From Acidimicrobiia bacterium (lineage in GTDB: Bacteria > Actinomycetota > Acidimicrobiia > Acidimicrobiales > Aldehydirespiratoraceae), in NCBI GenBank assembly GCA_024421095.1, contig JAHQYM010000001.1, positions 14,089 through 78,088 on the forward strand: a stretch of DNA of 64,000 bases, given 5' to 3'. Positions 25,063 to 36,253 of the stretch are shown one piece after another (positions within the stretch are counted from its first letter, which is position 1; the number at the start of each line of letters is the position of its first letter). Made by a program: the position numbers and the translations under genes. The notes below the pieces were generated by a model. It was given only the letters and a program-made list of their open reading frames with translations, was not told the DNA's origin and searched no databases.

Positions 25063-25961
25063 TGGGACAAAAAGTCAACCCCAACGGCTTCCGCCTAGGT
25101 GTCACCACGGAATGGAAAAGCCGCTGGTTCGCCGACCGCCAAGAATACGCCGACAATGTCATTGAAGATTGGCAGATCCGAGACTTCCTGTTTACCGAAC
25201 TACCGCACGCAGCCATCAGCAGAGTAGAAGTTGAACGCACCCGTGACCGTCTGCGAGTGGATGTGCATACGGCTCGCCCAGGTATCGTCATCGGGCGGCG
25301 AGGCACTGAAGCAGACCGACTCCGCAACGGACTCGCGGCTATCACCGGCAATGCCAAAGTCCAACTCAACATCCAAGAAATCAAACAACCAGAATTCGAC
25401 GCGGCGTTAATCGCCCAAGGTATAGCAGACCAACTAGCTGGACGAGTGGCGTTTCGGCGAGCCATGAAACGGGCCGTGCAAAACGCACAGAAGGCGGGCG
25501 CGCTAGGTATCCGAGTGCAATGTTCGGGTCGTCTAGGTGGCTCCGAAATGGCTCGCAGCGAATGGTACCTCGAAGGCCGAGTTCCACTACACACACTCCG
25601 CGCCGATGTTGATTACGGCTTTCGCGAGGCCCCCACCACATATGGGCGAATCGGTGTGAAAGTCTGGCTTTACAAAGGCGACATCTTGCCCTATAAGACC
25701 CAAACCGAAGATAAAGCCACGCTTGAAGCTGCCATGGCCGCAGGCGAAACGTCAGGCCAGTCACGCACCCGTAAAATATTTTCTTCGGCCGCCGCACCCC
25801 GCCGCGAAGTGCTTGAACGCGAACCCGAGTTAGACGAAGAACCAGCACCGCTGATCAAAGAAGCTGATCCCGAATTTGAAAAGCTACTAGACGAAGAGGA
25901 TGCCATTGAAGCGTCCACTCGCGAACACCGCGAGACACCCCACTTCCGCACGAACGATTAA
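25062..25961 (+). CDS. rpsC: 30S ribosomal protein S3 (extended acidic C-terminus)
   Basis: [13 protein letters not shown]...KH domain motifs. The last ~80 residues are beyond the usual S3 core. Confidence 0.95.
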   Translation: MGQKVNPNGFRLGVTTEWKSRWFADRQEYADNVIEDWQIRDFLFTELPHAAISRVEVERTRDRLRVDVHTARPGIVIGRRGTEADRLRNGLAAITGNAKVQLNIQEIKQPEFDAALIAQGIADQLAGRVAFRRAMKRAVQNAQKAGALGIRVQCSGRLGGSEMARSEWYLEGRVPLHTLRADVDYGFREAPTTYGRIGVKVWLYKGDILPYKTQTEDKATLEAAMAAGETSGQSRTRKIFSSAAAPRREVLEREPELDEEPAPLIKEADPEFEKLLDEEDAIEASTREHRETPHFRTND

Positions 25962-25979
25962 AAGTTGAAGGTTGCCGTA

Positions 25980-26396
25980 ATGTTGATGCCAAAGAAAATC
26001 AAACATCGCAAACAACACCGAGGTCGCACCAAAGGCATTGCCAAAGGAGCAACCGAGGTGACCTATGGTGATTACGGCATCCAAGCCCTAGAACCTGGTT
26101 GGATCACAGCCCGCCAAATTGAAGCTGGTCGTATCGCCATGACCCGCCATATCAAACGCGGTGGCAAGGTCTGGATCAACATTTTCCCCGATAAACCAGT
26201 TACCGCTAAACCCGCCGAGACTCGCATGGGTTCAGGTAAAGGCAACCCCGAACATTGGGTAGCGGTAGTCAAACCCGGTCGTATCCTCTATGAACTCACT
26301 TACCACGACGAAACCGTGGCCCGGGCCGCCATTGAACGTGCCATTCAAAAGATGCCGATCAAGGCTCGCTTTGTAACCCGTGAGGAAAGTTTCTGA
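25980..26396 (+). CDS. rplP: 50S ribosomal protein L16
   Basis: [15 protein letters not shown] is the canonical L16 N-terminus. The ORF-track start 25965 (TTG) is less likely. Confidence 0.95.
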   Translation: MLMPKKIKHRKQHRGRTKGIAKGATEVTYGDYGIQALEPGWITARQIEAGRIAMTRHIKRGGKVWINIFPDKPVTAKPAETRMGSGKGNPEHWVAVVKPGRILYELTYHDETVARAAIERAIQKMPIKARFVTREESF

Positions 26397-26623
26397 TGGC
26401 CAAAAAAACTGCCTTGGTTGACTTGGCCGACACAGATCTACTTGAGCGACTAGCTGATTACAAGGAAGAACTGTTTAACTTGCGCTTTCAATTCGCCACC
26501 AACCAACTAGACAACTCGGCTCGTTTAACAGCTGTCAAGAAAGACATTGCTCGGGTGTTAACCGAGTTGCGCATGCGTGAGATTGCCGATGCTGAAGCGC
26601 TCGAAGCGGCTAGGGAGGCCTGA
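26396..26623 (+). CDS. rpmC: 50S ribosomal protein L29
   Basis: 75 aa, ...[17 protein letters not shown]... Confidence 0.93.
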   Translation: MAKKTALVDLADTDLLERLADYKEELFNLRFQFATNQLDNSARLTAVKKDIARVLTELRMREIADAEALEAAREA

Positions 26624-26624
26624 A

Positions 26625-26903
26625 ATGACCGAAGACACGCAAACCCGCAAGGCTCGAAAAGCCCGCAAAGTCCGTGAGGGGTTAGTCGTCTCCAACAAGA
26701 TGGACAAGACGGTGGTGGTCAAAGCAGTCGACCGTGTGCAGCACCGCCGCTACGCAAAAACTATCCAACGCACCAAACGCCTAATGGTACACGACGAGGA
26801 AAACACTCTAAATGTTGGCGACCGTGTGCGTGTGCAAGAAACTCGTCCGCTGTCGAAAAGTAAGCGTTGGCGGCTCGTTGAAATCTTGGAGCGTGCTAAG
26901 TGA
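26625..26903 (+). CDS. rpsQ: 30S ribosomal protein S17
   Basis: ATG 26625 ([32 protein letters not shown]...) directly follows the rpmC stop. The ORF-track start 26577 overlaps rpmC. Confidence 0.93.
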   Translation: MTEDTQTRKARKARKVREGLVVSNKMDKTVVVKAVDRVQHRRYAKTIQRTKRLMVHDEENTLNVGDRVRVQETRPLSKSKRWRLVEILERAK

Positions 26904-27268
26904 TCCAGCAAGAATCACGGCTCCGTATCGCTGACAACTCGGGTGCCAAGGAAGTCTTGTGTATCAAGGTTCTTGGTGGCTCTAAGCGCCGTTACGCTTC
27001 GATCGGCGATGTTTTTGTGGCTACTGTGAAAGATGCGATCCCTGGCGCGCAAGTCAAAAAAGGTGACGTTGTGCGCTGCGTGGTGGTGCGTGTCAAAAAA
27101 GAAAAACGCCGTGCAGACGGCAGCTATATCCGTTTCGATGAAAATGCCGCGGTGCTGATCAACGACCAACGGCAACCTCGTGGTACCCGCATATTTGGTC
27201 CAGTTGGGCGCGAGTTGCGAGACAAACAATTTATGCGGATTGTGTCTTTGGCTCCGGAGGTACTCTGA
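26900..27268 (+). CDS. rplN: 50S ribosomal protein L14
   Basis: [17 protein letters not shown]...; GTG start. Confidence 0.97.
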   Translation: MIQQESRLRIADNSGAKEVLCIKVLGGSKRRYASIGDVFVATVKDAIPGAQVKKGDVVRCVVVRVKKEKRRADGSYIRFDENAAVLINDQRQPRGTRIFGPVGRELRDKQFMRIVSLAPEVL

Positions 27269-27642
27269 TGAGCGCAAAAAATAAACCCAAAAAACAAAAC
27301 CTCAAAAAATATACGTTAACAAAACATAAATCAATGAAAATTCATAAAGGCGACCGCGTTGTGGTCTTGTCCGGTAAAGACAAAGGCGCTGAAGGCGTGG
27401 TGGAACGTGCCATACCCGCACGCAGGAAAGTCATCGTGGAAGGCATCAACGTTGCACGCAAACATCAAGCCCCAACCCGCGGCGACTCACAAGGTGGCAT
27501 TATCGACAAGGCGATGCCAATTGATGTCTCTAATGTGGCGGTTATCAGCCCTGGTGACGGCAAAGCCACGCGAGTTGCTTACCTAATCACTAAAGAAGGT
27601 CGCAAAGTTCGGGTCTGCCGCAGAACTGGAGTGGAACTCTAA
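27268..27642 (+). CDS. rplX: 50S ribosomal protein L24 (possibly with a 22-aa Lys-rich N-terminal extension; alternative start 27334)
   Basis: The core [18 protein letters not shown] begins at 27334. An upstream ATG at 27268 overlaps the rplN TGA (TGATG) and adds [22 protein letters not shown]. Confidence 0.9.
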   Translation: MSAKNKPKKQNLKKYTLTKHKSMKIHKGDRVVVLSGKDKGAEGVVERAIPARRKVIVEGINVARKHQAPTRGDSQGGIIDKAMPIDVSNVAVISPGDGKATRVAYLITKEGRKVRVCRRTGVEL

Positions 27643-28220
27643 TGGCCAACGCCACCCACACACCGAACTACACACCACGCTTTCGAACCCGTTACGACAA
27701 CGAAATCCGTGCCGCTTTGAAAGCAGAACTCGCTTTGCCAAACCTGATGATGGTTCCCAGACTAGAAAAGATCGTACTGAATATGGGTGTCGGCGAAGCA
27801 GTCGGCTCAGCCAAAATGCTTGAAGCCGCTATTGGCGATATGGCCACGATAGCTGGACAAAAACCGGTAATCACGAGAGCAAAAAAATCATTAGCGAGTT
27901 TCAAACTTCGTGAAGGCCAAGCTATCGGTTGCAAAGTCACCCTGCGTGGCAACCGAATGTACGAGTTTTTCGACCGACTAATCTCGCTAGCGATCCCTCG
28001 CATACGAGACTTCCGCGGGTTGCCCAACAAGTCTTTTGACGGCAACGGCAACTACACATTCGGAGTGACCGAACAACTCATCTTCCCAGAAATCGATTAT
28101 GACAAAGTCAGTGCCACAAGAGGCATGGACATCACAATTGTTACCACCGCGAAAACCGACGAAGCAGGCAAAGCACTGCTCGCTTCATTCGGTTTTCCGT
28201 TCCGACGCGAAGGGCAATGA
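27642..28220 (+). CDS. rplE: 50S ribosomal protein L5
   Basis: [15 protein letters not shown]...FRGL...[10 protein letters not shown]. Confidence 0.96.
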   Translation: MANATHTPNYTPRFRTRYDNEIRAALKAELALPNLMMVPRLEKIVLNMGVGEAVGSAKMLEAAIGDMATIAGQKPVITRAKKSLASFKLREGQAIGCKVTLRGNRMYEFFDRLISLAIPRIRDFRGLPNKSFDGNGNYTFGVTEQLIFPEIDYDKVSATRGMDITIVTTAKTDEAGKALLASFGFPFRREGQ

Positions 28221-28223
28221 CCC

Positions 28224-28409
28224 ATGGCAAAACACGCACTCAAACAAAAGCAAAAACGCACCCCGAAGTTCAAAGTGCGTGCCTACACACGCTGTCGTCG
28301 CTGCGGACGACCCCGCGCCGTGTATCGCCGTTTCGGATTGTGCCGCGTTTGTTTACGAAATATGGCTCACGCAGGCGAACTGCCTGGTGTCAAGAAAGCA
28401 AGTTGGTGA
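28224..28409 (+). CDS. rpsZ: 30S ribosomal protein S14, short zinc-binding type Z
   Basis: 61 aa with CRRCGRP...CRVC. Confidence 0.93.
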   Translation: MAKHALKQKQKRTPKFKVRAYTRCRRCGRPRAVYRRFGLCRVCLRNMAHAGELPGVKKASW

Positions 28410-28424
28410 GGAGGTGACACTGCA

Positions 28425-28829
28425 ATGACCATGACCGACCCGATTTCAGACATGCTCACACGCATCCGCAACGCCAACGTTGCGATGCATGATGAGGTGG
28501 CGATGCCTTCCTCCAAACAAAAACTAGCCTTAGCTGGTTTGCTCAAAAAAGAGGGTTACATCAGTTCTTTCAACGAGATCGACAACACGCAAGGTCCCGG
28601 CCGCACACTAACCATAGAGATGAAATACTCACCGCAAAGAGACCGAGTGATCTCCGGGCTCAAACGCGTTTCGAAACCCGGCCTGCGCATTTATCGTCGC
28701 CGTGACGAGATCCCTCGCGTGCAAGGTGGCCTCGGCGTTGCCGTAGTCTCCACCAACAAAGGTCTAATGTCCGACCGAGAAGCAAGGAAGAACCGCATGG
28801 GCGGCGAGATCCTCTGCTTTGTGTGGTAA
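28425..28829 (+). CDS. rpsH: 30S ribosomal protein S8
   Basis: MTMTDPISDMLTRIRNA... Confidence 0.96.
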   Translation: MTMTDPISDMLTRIRNANVAMHDEVAMPSSKQKLALAGLLKKEGYISSFNEIDNTQGPGRTLTIEMKYSPQRDRVISGLKRVSKPGLRIYRRRDEIPRVQGGLGVAVVSTNKGLMSDREARKNRMGGEILCFVW

Positions 28830-28838
28830 GGAGCGCAT

Positions 28839-29378
28839 ATGAGCCGCGTGGGTAAAACGCCAATCACCGTTCCCTCAGGGGTGGAAATTGATATCAGCAG
28901 AAGTGCAGTAACCGTCACCGGCAGCAAAGGCACTCTCACCCAGCACCTCCCTGGCGGCATCACGGTCAACCAAACCGACGGTGCGTTAATCGTTGCACGC
29001 CCCGACGACAGCAGCGAATCGAAATCATTTCATGGTCTCGTGCGTTCCCTGATCAACAACATGATTGTCGGTGTGACCGAAGGTTTTCGCAAAGAACTAA
29101 AAATTCAAGGTATCGGCTACCGTGCTGTTGCCAAAGGGACGAACCACCTCAGTTTGGCGCTTGGTTTCAGCCACAGCGTCGAAATCGAAGCCCCAGCAGG
29201 CATTGAGTTTGAAGTGCCGCAACAAACCCAAATAGTCGTCAAAGGAATCGACAAACAACTAGTCGGCCAAGTAGCAGCCGATATCCGAAAATGGCGCAAA
29301 CCCGAACCCTACAAAGGAAAAGGCATTCGTTACGCCAATGAACGAGTGATCCGCAAGGCCGGAAAGGCAGCCAAGTAA
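28839..29378 (+). CDS. rplF: 50S ribosomal protein L6
   Basis: [17 protein letters not shown]... Confidence 0.96.
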   Translation: MSRVGKTPITVPSGVEIDISRSAVTVTGSKGTLTQHLPGGITVNQTDGALIVARPDDSSESKSFHGLVRSLINNMIVGVTEGFRKELKIQGIGYRAVAKGTNHLSLALGFSHSVEIEAPAGIEFEVPQQTQIVVKGIDKQLVGQVAADIRKWRKPEPYKGKGIRYANERVIRKAGKAAK

Positions 29379-29743
29379 TGACCGATAATGCAAAGAAGCG
29401 CCGCCTAGACCGCACCAAGCGCCATTACCGGATTCGCAAGACCCTGCACGGCACCGCGCAGCGGCCGCGCTTAGCGGTCTACCGCTCCAACCGTCACATA
29501 ACCGCTCAACTCATCGACGACAGCGCTGGTCACACACTCGCCGCAGTCGCCTCAACCGAACAGCCACTACGCCCCCAAAGCAACAGCACCATCGCCACTG
29601 CCACTAAGGTCGGGTACACACTCGCCGAGCGAGCCAATGCCTTAGGTATTGAAACCGCGGTGTTCGACCGTGGGGGTTTCCGCTATCACGGCCAAGTTGC
29701 TGCATTGGCAGATGCAGCCCGCGAGGGAGGACTGAAGTTCTGA
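29378..29743 (+). CDS. rplR: 50S ribosomal protein L18
   Basis: [20 protein letters not shown]...[10 protein letters not shown]. Confidence 0.95.
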   Translation: MTDNAKKRRLDRTKRHYRIRKTLHGTAQRPRLAVYRSNRHITAQLIDDSAGHTLAAVASTEQPLRPQSNSTIATATKVGYTLAERANALGIETAVFDRGGFRYHGQVAALADAAREGGLKF

Positions 29744-30369
29744 TGGCCAACCAACGAAGCGATAGAGACCGCAACCCCGACAACCCACGAGACGGAGGCG
29801 ATGGCCTGCGCGAATCTCGCGTGATTCACATCAATCGGGTAGCCAAAGTAGTTAAAGGTGGGCGCAGGTTCTCCTTCACCGCCCTAGTGGTGATAGGTGA
29901 CGGGGCGGGCCGGGTTGGCCTCGGCTACGGCAAAGCTAAAGAAGTTCCCTTAGCCATCCAAAAAGGAACCGAAGAAGCCCGCCGTAACCTGTTTAGTGTG
30001 GCTATGGCTGGTTCAACTATAGTTCATGAAACCACTGGAGAGATGGGCGCTGGCCGTGTCATGCTCAAACCGGCCGCTCCCGGTACTGGGGTGATCGCTG
30101 GGGGTGCAGCCCGCGCCATTTTGGAAGAAGCCGGCATCAACGATGTGCTCTGCAAATCTTTGGGGTCGTCCAACAACATCAACATCGCGCGCGCCACCAT
30201 CAACGCGCTCAAGAGCTTGCGTCGTCCAGATGAGATCGCTCGCCTGCGTGGCCTTGACCCAGAAACCTTTTTGCCCGCGGGTCTTTGGGCGGCCTACCAA
30301 GAAACTCAACGATCAACCGCAGAGGCTGCTTCAGCCCCTCCTTTGAGTAACCAAACCGAGGTATCGTGA
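29743..30369 (+). CDS. rpsE: 30S ribosomal protein S5
   Basis: [19 protein letters not shown]...GYGKAKEVP. Confidence 0.96.
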   Translation: MANQRSDRDRNPDNPRDGGDGLRESRVIHINRVAKVVKGGRRFSFTALVVIGDGAGRVGLGYGKAKEVPLAIQKGTEEARRNLFSVAMAGSTIVHETTGEMGAGRVMLKPAAPGTGVIAGGAARAILEEAGINDVLCKSLGSSNNINIARATINALKSLRRPDEIARLRGLDPETFLPAGLWAAYQETQRSTAEAASAPPLSNQTEVS

Positions 30370-30548
30370 TGCTCAAAATCACCCAAGTTCGTTCCTCAAT
30401 CGGTACTAAACCTAAGCAAAGAGGCACTTTACGTGCGCTCGGCTTACGCAAACTAGGTGCCAGCAAACTACATCGCGATTGCCCTGAGATTCGTGGCATG
30501 ATAGCTCGGGTGCCACACCTAGTAGAAGTCACTGAGGTAGACCAATGA
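30366..30548 (+). CDS. rpmD: 50S ribosomal protein L30
   Basis: [26 protein letters not shown]. Confidence 0.93.
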   Translation: MMLKITQVRSSIGTKPKQRGTLRALGLRKLGASKLHRDCPEIRGMIARVPHLVEVTEVDQ

Positions 30549-31039
30549 TTCGATTACATGACCTGAAACCCGCAGCAGGCAGCAACCGCCGTGCCAAACG
30601 CAAAGCCAGAGGTATCGGCGGCAAAGCCGGTAAGACCGCGGGGCGGGGCCACAAAGGGCAACGCGCCCGCAACAAAGTTCCTGTATGGTTTGAAGGCGGT
30701 CAAATGCCGCTCATGCAACGCGTCCCCAAACTGCGTGGCTTTACCAACCCTTTCCGGGTTGAATACCAAGCAATCAATCTAGACACCCTTGACGCTTCGG
30801 GCCTTACCGAAATAACCCCACAGTCCCTGCTTGATAACGGCCTAGTCCACAAAGGGGCTTTGGTCAAAGTTCTCGGACGCGGAGAGATTACCCGCCAAAT
30901 CAATGTGCAAGCCCACGCCTTTTCAGCTTCAGCCGAAACGGCAATAATCGCTGCCGGTGGTAGCGTTGAAAGACTAGCCTTGCCTTGGGGTGACCGCCGC
31001 CCCGCACACGGCAGCTACAATCAACACACCAATCGCTAA
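30545..31039 (+). CDS. rplO: 50S ribosomal protein L15
   Basis: [36 protein letters not shown]. Confidence 0.95.
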   Translation: MIRLHDLKPAAGSNRRAKRKARGIGGKAGKTAGRGHKGQRARNKVPVWFEGGQMPLMQRVPKLRGFTNPFRVEYQAINLDTLDASGLTEITPQSLLDNGLVHKGALVKVLGRGEITRQINVQAHAFSASAETAIIAAGGSVERLALPWGDRRPAHGSYNQHTNR

Positions 31040-31051
31040 GGGAGTATCGCA

Positions 31052-32380
31052 GTGCTTTCACGGGTTCTGAACGTGTTTCGGGTCGCTGACCTACGAATGA
31101 AGATTCTTTTTTCGCTGTCCATGATTGCGCTGTATCGTCTCGGGTCGTTTATCCCCGCACCTGGTGTCGACATTGAAGCAGTGCAATCACTTCGCGCTAC
31201 CGCTAACCAAGGCGGAATCTTGGCGTATATACAACTCTTTTCGGGTGGCGCGCTTACGCAGTTCGCCATCTTTGCGTTGGGCATCATGCCCTATATCACC
31301 TCGTCGATCATTATGCAGATCCTCGGAGTGGTCATACCCAAAGTGGAACAATGGCAACAACAAGGTGCGGTTGGGCAACGCAAAATCACCCAATGGACTC
31401 GCTATTTGACCATCGCCATTGCTGTGGTTCAATCCACAAGTTTTGCTTTCCTGTTCCACAATGGCGGGTTGGGGGTGACGGTAGACCTGTTGCCGAGGTT
31501 CAACGCTTGGACTGTGTTTGTGGTGGTGCTAACACTCACTAGCGGCACTGCTTTGTTGATGTGGATGGGTGAGTTGATCACTCAACGAGGGGTTGGCAAC
31601 GGTATGTCGCTGTTGATCTTCACTAGTGTAGTGTCAACGCTACCGGCTCAAGGCGGGGCGGTCAAAGCCGAAAACGGCAACCTGGCGTTGGCTGGCCTGA
31701 TTATTGTTGCGATTGCGTTGCTTGTTTGCATCGTGTTCGTTGAGCAGGGGCAAAGACGTATTCCCGTGCAGTTCGCGAAACGGGTTGTGGGACGGCGTAT
31801 GTATGGCGGTGAGTCCACCTACATACCCTTGAAAGTCAACCAATCAGGCGTGATACCTATCATCTTTGCTAGTTCGGTACTGTATGTTCCCACGCTTATC
31901 GCCGTGGCGCTTCCAAGCACCGGGTTCGGTGGGAGCATTCAAAACTGGGTCAACAACAACCTCGCGCAACCCACGGCGATTACCTATCTAGCGTTCTTTG
32001 GTTTGCTGATCGTGGGCTTCGCATATTTTTATACGGCGATCACCTTCGATCCGGCGAAACAAGCCGACACCATTCGTAAACAGGGTGGATTCATCCCAGG
32101 TATCCGCCCCGGCCCACAAACCGAACGTTACCTAGCCCGCATTTTGAGCCGCATCACCTTTCCCGGTGCCCTTTTTATTGCTGCCGTGGCGCTGATCCCC
32201 TCAATTCTCATTCGTATCACGCTCAATAGCGACCCAACCTCCACTGGCACAGCCGCGGGCGCTGGGGGCTTCGCGTTCGGAGGCATCTCTTTGTTGATCG
32301 CTTCGGGTGTGGCGCTTGAAACCATGAAGCAAATCGACAGCCAGTTGACGATGCGAAACTACGAAGGGTTCCTTCGCTAA
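31052..32380 (+). CDS. secY: Preprotein translocase subunit SecY
   Basis: 442 aa, 10-TM pattern, GIMPYITSSIIMQIL. Canonical position after rplO. Confidence 0.96.
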   Translation: MLSRVLNVFRVADLRMKILFSLSMIALYRLGSFIPAPGVDIEAVQSLRATANQGGILAYIQLFSGGALTQFAIFALGIMPYITSSIIMQILGVVIPKVEQWQQQGAVGQRKITQWTRYLTIAIAVVQSTSFAFLFHNGGLGVTVDLLPRFNAWTVFVVVLTLTSGTALLMWMGELITQRGVGNGMSLLIFTSVVSTLPAQGGAVKAENGNLALAGLIIVAIALLVCIVFVEQGQRRIPVQFAKRVVGRRMYGGESTYIPLKVNQSGVIPIIFASSVLYVPTLIAVALPSTGFGGSIQNWVNNNLAQPTAITYLAFFGLLIVGFAYFYTAITFDPAKQADTIRKQGGFIPGIRPGPQTERYLARILSRITFPGALFIAAVALIPSILIRITLNSDPTSTGTAAGAGGFAFGGISLLIASGVALETMKQIDSQLTMRNYEGFLR

Positions 32381-32998
32381 ATGTCAACCCTAAAGATGGT
32401 GATCCTCGGTCGCCAAGGATCAGGCAAGGGCACCCAATCGCTACTAATATGCGAAGCTTACGGTGCGATACACGTTAGCACTGGTGAAATGTTGCGTTCG
32501 GCTGTGGCGCAAGCCAGCACCTTAGGTCTTCAAGCTCAACAAATCATGGAATCGGGCAGTCTGGTTTCGGACGAGATAATGAATGGCCTAGTAGCTGAAC
32601 GCTTCAATCATCGTGACATTACCGAACACGGCGTTTTGCTAGATGGATTTCCGCGCACGGTAGCACAAGCTAACGCCCTAGAGAGCATTCTTGAGGGTCG
32701 TGGCCAAGACCTAGACATTGCTATCAACCTTGATGTCCCGCTGGACATTGTGACCGACCGAATGTTGGCCCGCAGTCGTAAAGACGACACGCCCGAGGCG
32801 ATAAAGCGCCGCCTTGACTTGTACGAAAAAGAAACCGAGCCGCTACTTGACTGGTTCACCTCACGGAACTTACTGCACAGCGTTGACGGTGTGGGTAGCG
32901 AAACAGAGGTGTTTGCCCGCATCAGCGCCAGCATTGCTGACAACACCGAGGCCTCAAGACTGTCGGCGAGTGTCGATACGCGAGAGGCGCAACGATGA
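32381..32998 (+). CDS. adk: Adenylate kinase (short-lid type)
   Basis: P-loop ILGRQGSGKGTQ, VLLDGFPRTVAQA and a short lid without a Cys cluster. Confidence 0.9.
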   Translation: MSTLKMVILGRQGSGKGTQSLLICEAYGAIHVSTGEMLRSAVAQASTLGLQAQQIMESGSLVSDEIMNGLVAERFNHRDITEHGVLLDGFPRTVAQANALESILEGRGQDLDIAINLDVPLDIVTDRMLARSRKDDTPEAIKRRLDLYEKETEPLLDWFTSRNLLHSVDGVGSETEVFARISASIADNTEASRLSASVDTREAQR

Positions 32999-33138
32999 GT
33001 TCGGTAATTGTGAGCAGAACTAAACAGATTTTAGGTTGGTCAACAGCATTAATCCCGCTACCGTTATCGTCTGACCTGGGCAACCGGGTCTTTCCGCGTG
33101 CGAGCAACCGGGCTTGAGCGCGTTTAGGAGGTTGCACC

Positions 33139-33363
33139 CTGCCGAAGTCTAAAGAAGATGCGATCGTTCTTGAGGGCACTGTTATCGAGTCGCTTCCAAA
33201 CGCCATGTTTCGGGTTGATTTGGAGAATGGCCACAAAGTGCTCGCCCACATAAGCGGGAAGATGCGCATGCACTACATCCGTATCCTTCCTGGCGATCGT
33301 GTCCAAGTGGAGCTAACCCCTTACGACCTCAAAAGAGGTCGTATCACCTACCGTTACAAGTAA
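33139..33363 (+). CDS. infA: Translation initiation factor IF-1, apparently initiating at CTG
   Basis: Missing from the ORF track. Hand translation gives (L/M)[73 protein letters not shown]. The frame is closed upstream by TGA 33115-33117. AGGAGG lies at 33126-33131. Confidence 0.85.
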   Translation: MPKSKEDAIVLEGTVIESLPNAMFRVDLENGHKVLAHISGKMRMHYIRILPGDRVQVELTPYDLKRGRITYRYK

Positions 33364-33410
33364 CAGCCGACTAACTCGGCTAGAGGCCGCAGTAGCCGGT
33401 CTGGAGAGAA

Positions 33411-33524
33411 ATGAAAGTTCGAACAAGCGTCAAGAAAATCTGTGACAAATGCAAGGTGATCAAACGTCACCGCCGCGTCATGGTGATCTGCGACAATCCC
33501 CGTCACAAGCAGAGGCAGGGCTGA
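33411..33524 (+). CDS. rpmJ: 50S ribosomal protein L36
   Basis: Too short for the ORF track. Hand translation gives [37 protein letters not shown]. Confidence 0.92.
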   Translation: MKVRTSVKKICDKCKVIKRHRRVMVICDNPRHKQRQG

Positions 33525-33525
33525 G

Positions 33526-33903
33526 ATGGCACGAATCAACGGAGTAGACATCCCTCGCGAGAAACAGGTGAGCACTTCGCTCACATACATTTATGGGATC
33601 GGCCGTTCCAAAGCGTTAAGGGTGTGTCAAGCAACGGGAATTGATGCGGCAACCAGAGTGCGTGATCTAACAGAAGACGAAGTTGCTAAGATTCGCAGCC
33701 ATATAGACTCCGAACTTCGGGTTGAAGGCGACCTGCGCCGTGAAGTTAGCCAAGACATCAAGCGCAAGATGGAGATCGGCTGTTATCAGGGTCTGCGCCA
33801 TCGCCGAGGCTTACCAGTGCGGGGGCAACGCACCCACACTAACGCCCGCACCCGCAAGGGCCCCAAAAAGACTATCGCCGGCAAGAAGAAGGTCAAAAAG
33901 TAA
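33526..33903 (+). CDS. rpsM: 30S ribosomal protein S13
   Basis: [15 protein letters not shown]... Confidence 0.96.
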   Translation: MARINGVDIPREKQVSTSLTYIYGIGRSKALRVCQATGIDAATRVRDLTEDEVAKIRSHIDSELRVEGDLRREVSQDIKRKMEIGCYQGLRHRRGLPVRGQRTHTNARTRKGPKKTIAGKKKVKK

Positions 33904-34301
33904 TGGCAAACAAAGGAGCGCGAGGTCGCAAACCTCGCAAAAGCGAACGCAAAAATATTCCTCACGCGGTGGCGCATATCAAAAGTTCTTTCAACAACAC
34001 GATCATCACTATTAGCGATCAAGCAGGTGATGTGATTGCTTGGGCTTCTGCTGGTAATGTCGGTTTTAGTGGTTCTCGTAAGTCCACCCCGTTTGCTGCC
34101 CAACTCGCCGCCGAACAGGTCGCCCAAAAGGCTATGGAGCACGGCGTTCGTAAGGTTGATGTGCAGGTAAAAGGCCCTGGTTCGGGGCGTGAAACTGCCA
34201 TCCGTTCGATCCAAAACACTGGAATAGAAGTCACTGGCATCACTGATGTCACACCGATTCCCCATAATGGTTGCCGCCTTGTCAAGCGGCGGAGGGCTTA
34301 A
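33903..34301 (+). CDS. rpsK: 30S ribosomal protein S11
   Basis: [16 protein letters not shown]...[11 protein letters not shown]. Confidence 0.96.
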   Translation: MANKGARGRKPRKSERKNIPHAVAHIKSSFNNTIITISDQAGDVIAWASAGNVGFSGSRKSTPFAAQLAAEQVAQKAMEHGVRKVDVQVKGPGSGRETAIRSIQNTGIEVTGITDVTPIPHNGCRLVKRRRA

Positions 34302-34304
34302 CCT

Positions 34305-34919
34305 ATGTCTCGATATACCGGCCCGAAATCGCGCGTCTCAAGGCGTTTGGGCACCAATATTTGGGGAACCAAAGGCGAAACGGTCGCTCTAGATCGGCGG
34401 CCCTACCCACCCGGTGAACATGGTCGTTCGCGGCGACGGGGCAGTGTTTCTGAGTATCTCTTACAGTTGCAAGAGAAGCAGAAAGCTCGCCATACATACG
34501 GTTTGACGGAACGCCAGTTCCGCAACATTTTCAACGAGGCATCTCGGCGCCAAGGTGTAACTGGTGAAAATATGCTGCGGTTCTTGGAGCTGCGGCTCGA
34601 CAACGTGATTTATCGTGCCGGTTGGGGTGCGACCCGCCCGCAATCCCGCCAGTTTGTTAATCATGGGCATGTCAATGTCAACGGTCGCCGGGTCACGATC
34701 CCTAGCTACCGTTTACGTAGAGGCGATGTTGTCGAGTTGCGTGACAAAGCGCGTGGCTTTACCGTTGTGCAATGGAACTCTGATGTTTTAGACCGCACTC
34801 CTCCAGCGTGGCTGGAATCAAGCGGTGAGTTCCAGACCACCGTTCGTGAACTCCCGATCAGGGAGCAAATAGATGTCCCCGTCCGTGAACAGCTCATCGT
34901 TGAGCTTTATTCCAAGTAG
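34305..34919 (+). CDS. rpsD: 30S ribosomal protein S4
   Basis: MSRYTGPKSRVSRRLG...; S4 RNA-binding domain LDNVIYRAGW. Confidence 0.96.
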   Translation: MSRYTGPKSRVSRRLGTNIWGTKGETVALDRRPYPPGEHGRSRRRGSVSEYLLQLQEKQKARHTYGLTERQFRNIFNEASRRQGVTGENMLRFLELRLDNVIYRAGWGATRPQSRQFVNHGHVNVNGRRVTIPSYRLRRGDVVELRDKARGFTVVQWNSDVLDRTPPAWLESSGEFQTTVRELPIREQIDVPVREQLIVELYSK

Positions 34920-34931
34920 CCGAGGTAAACG

Positions 34932-35870
34932 ATGCTCCTTATTCAGCGCCCAACAGTAGAACCTATAGACGAAGTCCAAGGCAACCTGCAACGGTTTGCC
35001 ATTGGTCCGCTTGAACCAGGGTTTGGCCACACGATTGGCAATTCGATTCGCCGCACTCTGCTTTCTTCGATACCTGGGGCTGCAGTCACCCAAGTTCGTT
35101 TCGATGATGCCCGCCATGAGTTCGACACCATTTCTGGCGTGGCCGAAGATGTCACCGACATCATCTTGAACCTAAAAGATTTGGTGCTTGCGGTTCACAG
35201 TGAGGAGCCGGTTACTTTGCGCCTTGATGCGCGTGGCCCGGCTTTGATAACCGCTGCCGATATAACTCCGCACCCCGATGTTGATGTGCTCAACGGTGAA
35301 CTACCTTTGGCGAACGTCAATGAGAAAGGTCGTTTAGCGCTTGATATGACGGTGCAACGGGGACGTGGTTATGTGTCCGCCGAACGCAATACCACGGCCA
35401 CCACGATTGGGGTTATCCCAGTCGACTCGATCTATTCACCGGTGCGGCGGGTGGCGTTCACGGTTGAACCAACGAGGGTTGAACAGTCCACCGATTTCGA
35501 CCGGCTCATTCTGGAGATCGAAACTGACGGTTCTATCTCCCCACGTGAAGCTTTGGCTTCAGCGGGTGCCACCTTGCTTGCTTTGGTGCAACTCATTGCG
35601 GAGATGAGCGACGAACCGCAAGGCTTGCAACTCGACGAATCGATTCAAGTAGCCGCTTCGGGGCCAGACATGGACCTACCGATTGATCACCTTGAGTTGT
35701 CTGAGCGCCCCCGCAACTGTTTGAAACGGGCGCAAATTCACACCGTTCGTGAACTACTTGAAAAGTCTGAAATGGACCTGTTAGCAATCACCAACTTTGG
35801 CCAAAAAAGTTTGGATGAAGTGATAACACGGCTTGACGAGCGGGGCCTGTCGCTCCTGAACTTTGGATGA
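34932..35870 (+). CDS. rpoA: DNA-directed RNA polymerase subunit alpha
   Basis: GFGHTIGNSIRRTLLSSIPGAAVT and C-terminal domain LELSERPRNCLKRAQIHTVRELL. Confidence 0.96.
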   Translation: MLLIQRPTVEPIDEVQGNLQRFAIGPLEPGFGHTIGNSIRRTLLSSIPGAAVTQVRFDDARHEFDTISGVAEDVTDIILNLKDLVLAVHSEEPVTLRLDARGPALITAADITPHPDVDVLNGELPLANVNEKGRLALDMTVQRGRGYVSAERNTTATTIGVIPVDSIYSPVRRVAFTVEPTRVEQSTDFDRLILEIETDGSISPREALASAGATLLALVQLIAEMSDEPQGLQLDESIQVAASGPDMDLPIDHLELSERPRNCLKRAQIHTVRELLEKSEMDLLAITNFGQKSLDEVITRLDERGLSLLNFG

Positions 35871-35873
35871 GTC

Positions 35874-36227
35874 ATGCCTGCTAGACCACGCAAGGGCCGC
35901 CGTTTCGGTGGCAGTTCACAACATCAGAAACTAATGATGGCCAATCTGGTGTCGTCGCTGATCGCGGCTGAAGCCATCACCACTACTCAAGCCAAGGCGA
36001 AGGCCATGCGCCCCATAGCTGAAAAGCTGATAACCAAAGCGAAGGCCGGCGGGGTCCACAATCATCGCCATGTGGTCAAGTTTTTGGGCGATCGTGAAAT
36101 GGCTTCTAAGCTATTTGATGAAATCGGGCCTCGTTACGAGAGCCGCCCTGGTGGTTACACACGAATCATTAAGCTAGATAATCGCTCGGGCGACAACGCG
36201 CCGATGGCCCGTATTGAACTGGTTTGA
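35874..36227 (+). CDS. rplQ: 50S ribosomal protein L17
   Basis: [20 protein letters not shown]...GGYTRIIKL. Confidence 0.95.
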   Translation: MPARPRKGRRFGGSSQHQKLMMANLVSSLIAAEAITTTQAKAKAMRPIAEKLITKAKAGGVHNHRHVVKFLGDREMASKLFDEIGPRYESRPGGYTRIIKLDNRSGDNAPMARIELV

Positions 36228-36253
36228 TTGCTGTGCGCGGTTAACGTCCGACC

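Noticed and set aside
24779-25594. 271-aa minus-strand ORF across the rplV/rpsC junction
   Set aside because: It lies opposite two unmistakable ribosomal protein genes and is a shadow ORF.
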